A DNA stretch of 63,993 nt, counting the filler, from Vicugna vicugna (lineage: Eukaryota): NCBI GenBank assembly GCA_013265495.1. It is 73 parts of 72 records of this genome, joined end to end, with 100 filler letters (N's around TTAATTAATTAA, not from the genome) between each part and the next. Parts side by side here need not be neighbours in the genome. Positions count along the whole stretch, not along the records: positions 61,455 to 62,159 come from MU062794.1; positions 62,260 to 62,809 come from PNXW01026013.1; positions 62,910 to 63,618 come from PNXW01026014.1; positions 63,719 to 63,993 come from MU062801.1; 69 more parts are not named here. One strand, 5' to 3'. The translations under genes were made by a program, and so were the position numbers. A model generated the notes under the pieces. That model was not told where the DNA came from, searched no databases, and saw only the letters and a program-made list of their open reading frames with translations. Below, one piece after another: positions 61,455-63,993 of the stretch; the first letter of the stretch is position 1, and each line of letters opens with the position of its first letter.

Positions 61455-62159
61455 GCTATATTCTGTGTTCTATATTCTGCACCCCGTATTCTCTATTCTG
61501 TATTCTGTGTTCTTCATTGTATATTCTAAATTTTATATTAAGAATACTGTATTCTGTATTCTAAATTCTGTGTTCTACATTCCATGTTCTAAATTCTGGG
61601 ATCTACATTCTCTATTCTATATTCTATATTTTGTGTTCATCATTCTATATTCTATATTCTATATACTATATACTGCATTCCGTATTCTATATTCTATATT
61701 CTGTGTTCTACATTCTATATTCTAAATTCCATATTCAGTATTTTTTAANNNNNNNNNNNNNNNNNNNNNNNNNNNNNNNNNNNNNNNNNNNNNNNNNNNN
61801 NNNNNNNNNNNNNNNNNNNNNNNNNNNNNNNNNNNNNNNNNNNNNNNNNNNNNNNNNNNNNNNNNNNNNNNNTTTTGTATTGTGTTTTCCATATTCTATA
61901 TTCTGTGTTCTACATTCTCTGTTCTGTATTCTATATTCTGCATTCCGTATTCTATATTCTATATTCTGTGTTATTCATTGTATATTCTAAGTACTATATA
62001 CAGTTTTCTGCATTCAATATTCTAAATACTGTGTTCTGTATTCAATGTTCTAAATTGTATATTCTTTATTCTGGATTTTATATTCTAAATACTGTGTTCT
62101 TCATTCCAGTTCTTAATTCTGAGTTCTCTTTTCTGTTTTCCTCATTCTATATTCTGTGT
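61455..62159. repeat. Satellite family C
   Basis: Heptamer phasing; tgcattccgtattctatattc. Confidence 0.94.
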
Positions 62160-62704
62160 NNNNNNNNNNNNNNNNNNNNNNNNNNNNNNNNNNNNNNNNN
62201 NNNTTAATTAATTAANNNNNNNNNNNNNNNNNNNNNNNNNNNNNNNNNNNNNNNNNNNNATTCTCCATTTGCAGGTTTCACCCAGATGTTCCCCGGCTGT
62301 CGTGGAAAATCTCCGCGGCAGGCAGAGAGTAGGACTTGGAGGCCGTAGCTCACTCAGAGGGAAACCCAAGACAGGCAGTGTCAGTGACATACTCCCACCT
62401 CTAGGGGGAGCTAGAGGGCACTCCCTGTTTACCCCTCTAGGAAGAGGAGCACAGATAAGGGCTGACGAGTGGGTGAGTTGGCCAGGTTCTAAGGGAATCG
62501 TGTTTTCAGTGGGAGGAGCAAAGAGGAAAGACTCCTGCCGATGCATATGGTGGCATCTTAGAGTGACATAGAATTAGAGCTTTTCCTCTTATAATTATAA
62601 GAGGCTGCTGCAGAAAGCAAGTGGGCAATAGGAGTAGCCGCAGTAGTAGAGGCAGCATCTAACACACCCTGAATACAACGTTTTTCATGAATTGAAAGGA
62701 TGGG

Positions 62705-62809
62705 CCCTAGAATCAGGTAGCCCTGAGATTCAATCCCACCTTCTCTCCTAGCTTCGCTATAACTTTGGCCAAAGGCTTAATTTCTGAGCCTCAGTCTCTT
62801 CAAATATGA
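62705..62809 (+). mobile_element. MIR fragment
   Basis: ctagaatcag...cctgag.ttcaatccc...ctagct...aactttggccaa...cttaa.ttctgagcctcagt.tcttca. Confidence 0.7.
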
Positions 62810-62909
62810 NNNNNNNNNNNNNNNNNNNNNNNNNNNNNNNNNNNNNNNNNNNNTTAATTAATTAANNNNNNNNNNNNNNNNNNNNNNNNNNNNNNNNNNN
62901 NNNNNNNNN

Positions 62910-63618
62910 CTGACAATGGTTCCAGAATCCTGAGCATGGCGAGGATCCACCAACTGTCGGTAGCCCGTGGGTTCTAACGGAAAGCATAAGCTCGACTCCC
63001 CTGAGGGTTTTCCAAATGTCTCTGTGCCAGGGAATGCTAGGGGTGTTTGCAGGATATCCCAGTGACAGAGGCTGCCTCCCCAAGGTCAGTGAAGGTATTT
63101 CTCGGACTTCCCCGAACAGGGAACACCTGTGACTGAAGAGAGCTGCGTGGAGTTGTCTCTCGAGCTCCACCACGCACTGACAATGGTTCCGGAATCTTGA
63201 GCTTGGGAAGGTTCGACCAACGGTCGACAGCACGTGAGTTCTAACTGAAAGCCTAAGCTCGTCTCCCCTGAGGGTTTTCCTAATGTCTCTGTGCCAGGGA
63301 ATGCTAGGGGTGTTTGCAGGATATCCCAGTGACAGAGGCTGCCTCCCCAAGGTCAGTGAAGGTATTTCAAGGGAACACCTGTGAATGAAGAGAGCTGCGT
63401 GGAGTTGTCTCTCGAGCTCCCCCACGCACTGACAAAGTTTCCAGAATCCTGAGCGTGGGGAGGTTCCACCAACGGTCGGCAGCCCGTGGGTTCTAACGGA
63501 AAGCCTAAGCTCGACTCCCCTGAGGGTTTTCCTAATATCTGTGTGCCAGGGAATGCTAGGGGGTTTTGCAGTGTATCTCAGTGACAGAGGCTGCCTCCCC
63601 AAGTTCAGGGAAGCTATT
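62910..63618. repeat. Satellite family B, reverse orientation
   Basis: Repeated tgtgccagggaatgctagggg and gacagaggctgcctccccaag motifs. Confidence 0.95.
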
Positions 63619-63993
63619 NNNNNNNNNNNNNNNNNNNNNNNNNNNNNNNNNNNNNNNNNNNNTTAATTAATTAANNNNNNNNNNNNNNNNNNNNNNNNNN
63701 NNNNNNNNNNNNNNNNNNCTGGGGGAGCACTGCCTGGCCACAAGCCAGCCGCCACACCTCCCTGAAACACTCCAGAAGCTAGATCAGGTGAGGCAGGTGA
63801 AGCTGGGCACGTGGTCTGAGGCAGTGATGGCGGGGCAGGAGCACTCCTCCCCCAGGGAGCCCAGCAGCATCGGCCGGAAGTGCAGGCCACAGGTGCCTCC
63901 TTTGGAAGGGAAGGTAGAGCAGGAAGAGCTGAGGTGCGAGCTGTGCTTGACACTTAGACAGACGTGAGCATCCCTTACAACTGACCCACGAAA

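Noticed and set aside
994..63674. Regularly recurring palindromic TTAATTAATTAA, which could be read as a CRISPR-like or regulatory repeat
   Set aside because: Wherever checked it is centred in 44+44 Ns and separates unrelated sequences. It is an assembly linker with six-frame stops. There are no cas genes and the DNA is mammalian.
1..63993. Any multi-gene system or operon-like arrangement inferred from neighbouring features
   Set aside because: Scaffold order is arbitrary, no scaffold exceeds about 1.7 kb, and none holds more than one candidate exon.

Overview
This window is not a continuous locus. It is about 73 short unplaced mammalian scaffolds (about 0.25-1.7 kb, many with internal N gaps) joined by about 72 identical 100-bp artificial linkers (N44-TTAATTAATTAA-N44, with stop codons in all six frames). 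Adjacency across linkers has no biological meaning, and nearly all ORFs in the track are artefacts of N runs or satellites. A tRNA-derived SINE of the camelid Vic-1 type and the repeat content suggest a camelid genome (inference). About 40% of the scaffolds are satellite DNA in five families, which I labelled myself: A (AT-rich, ~247-bp subunits in a ~742-bp trimeric higher-order repeat), B (GC-rich, 267 bp), C (7-bp TATATTC-based, 189-bp superunit), D (~263 bp, diverged relative of B) and E (~245-248 bp, distant relative of A). The rest is L1, ERV/MaLR LTR, MIR, L2 and MER33 fragments, three unclassified multicopy sequences and some unique DNA. The only gene I recognise is one intron-flanked CLCN3-like exon that looks degenerate. 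I found no supportable novel multi-gene system. The best leads are: a duplicated satellite-B/variant-telomere junction, the CLCN3 duplicate, the satellite architectures and relationships, a GCATTCCGT motif shared by three satellites, an L1 joined to satellite A, and an unassigned 96-bp candidate exon.
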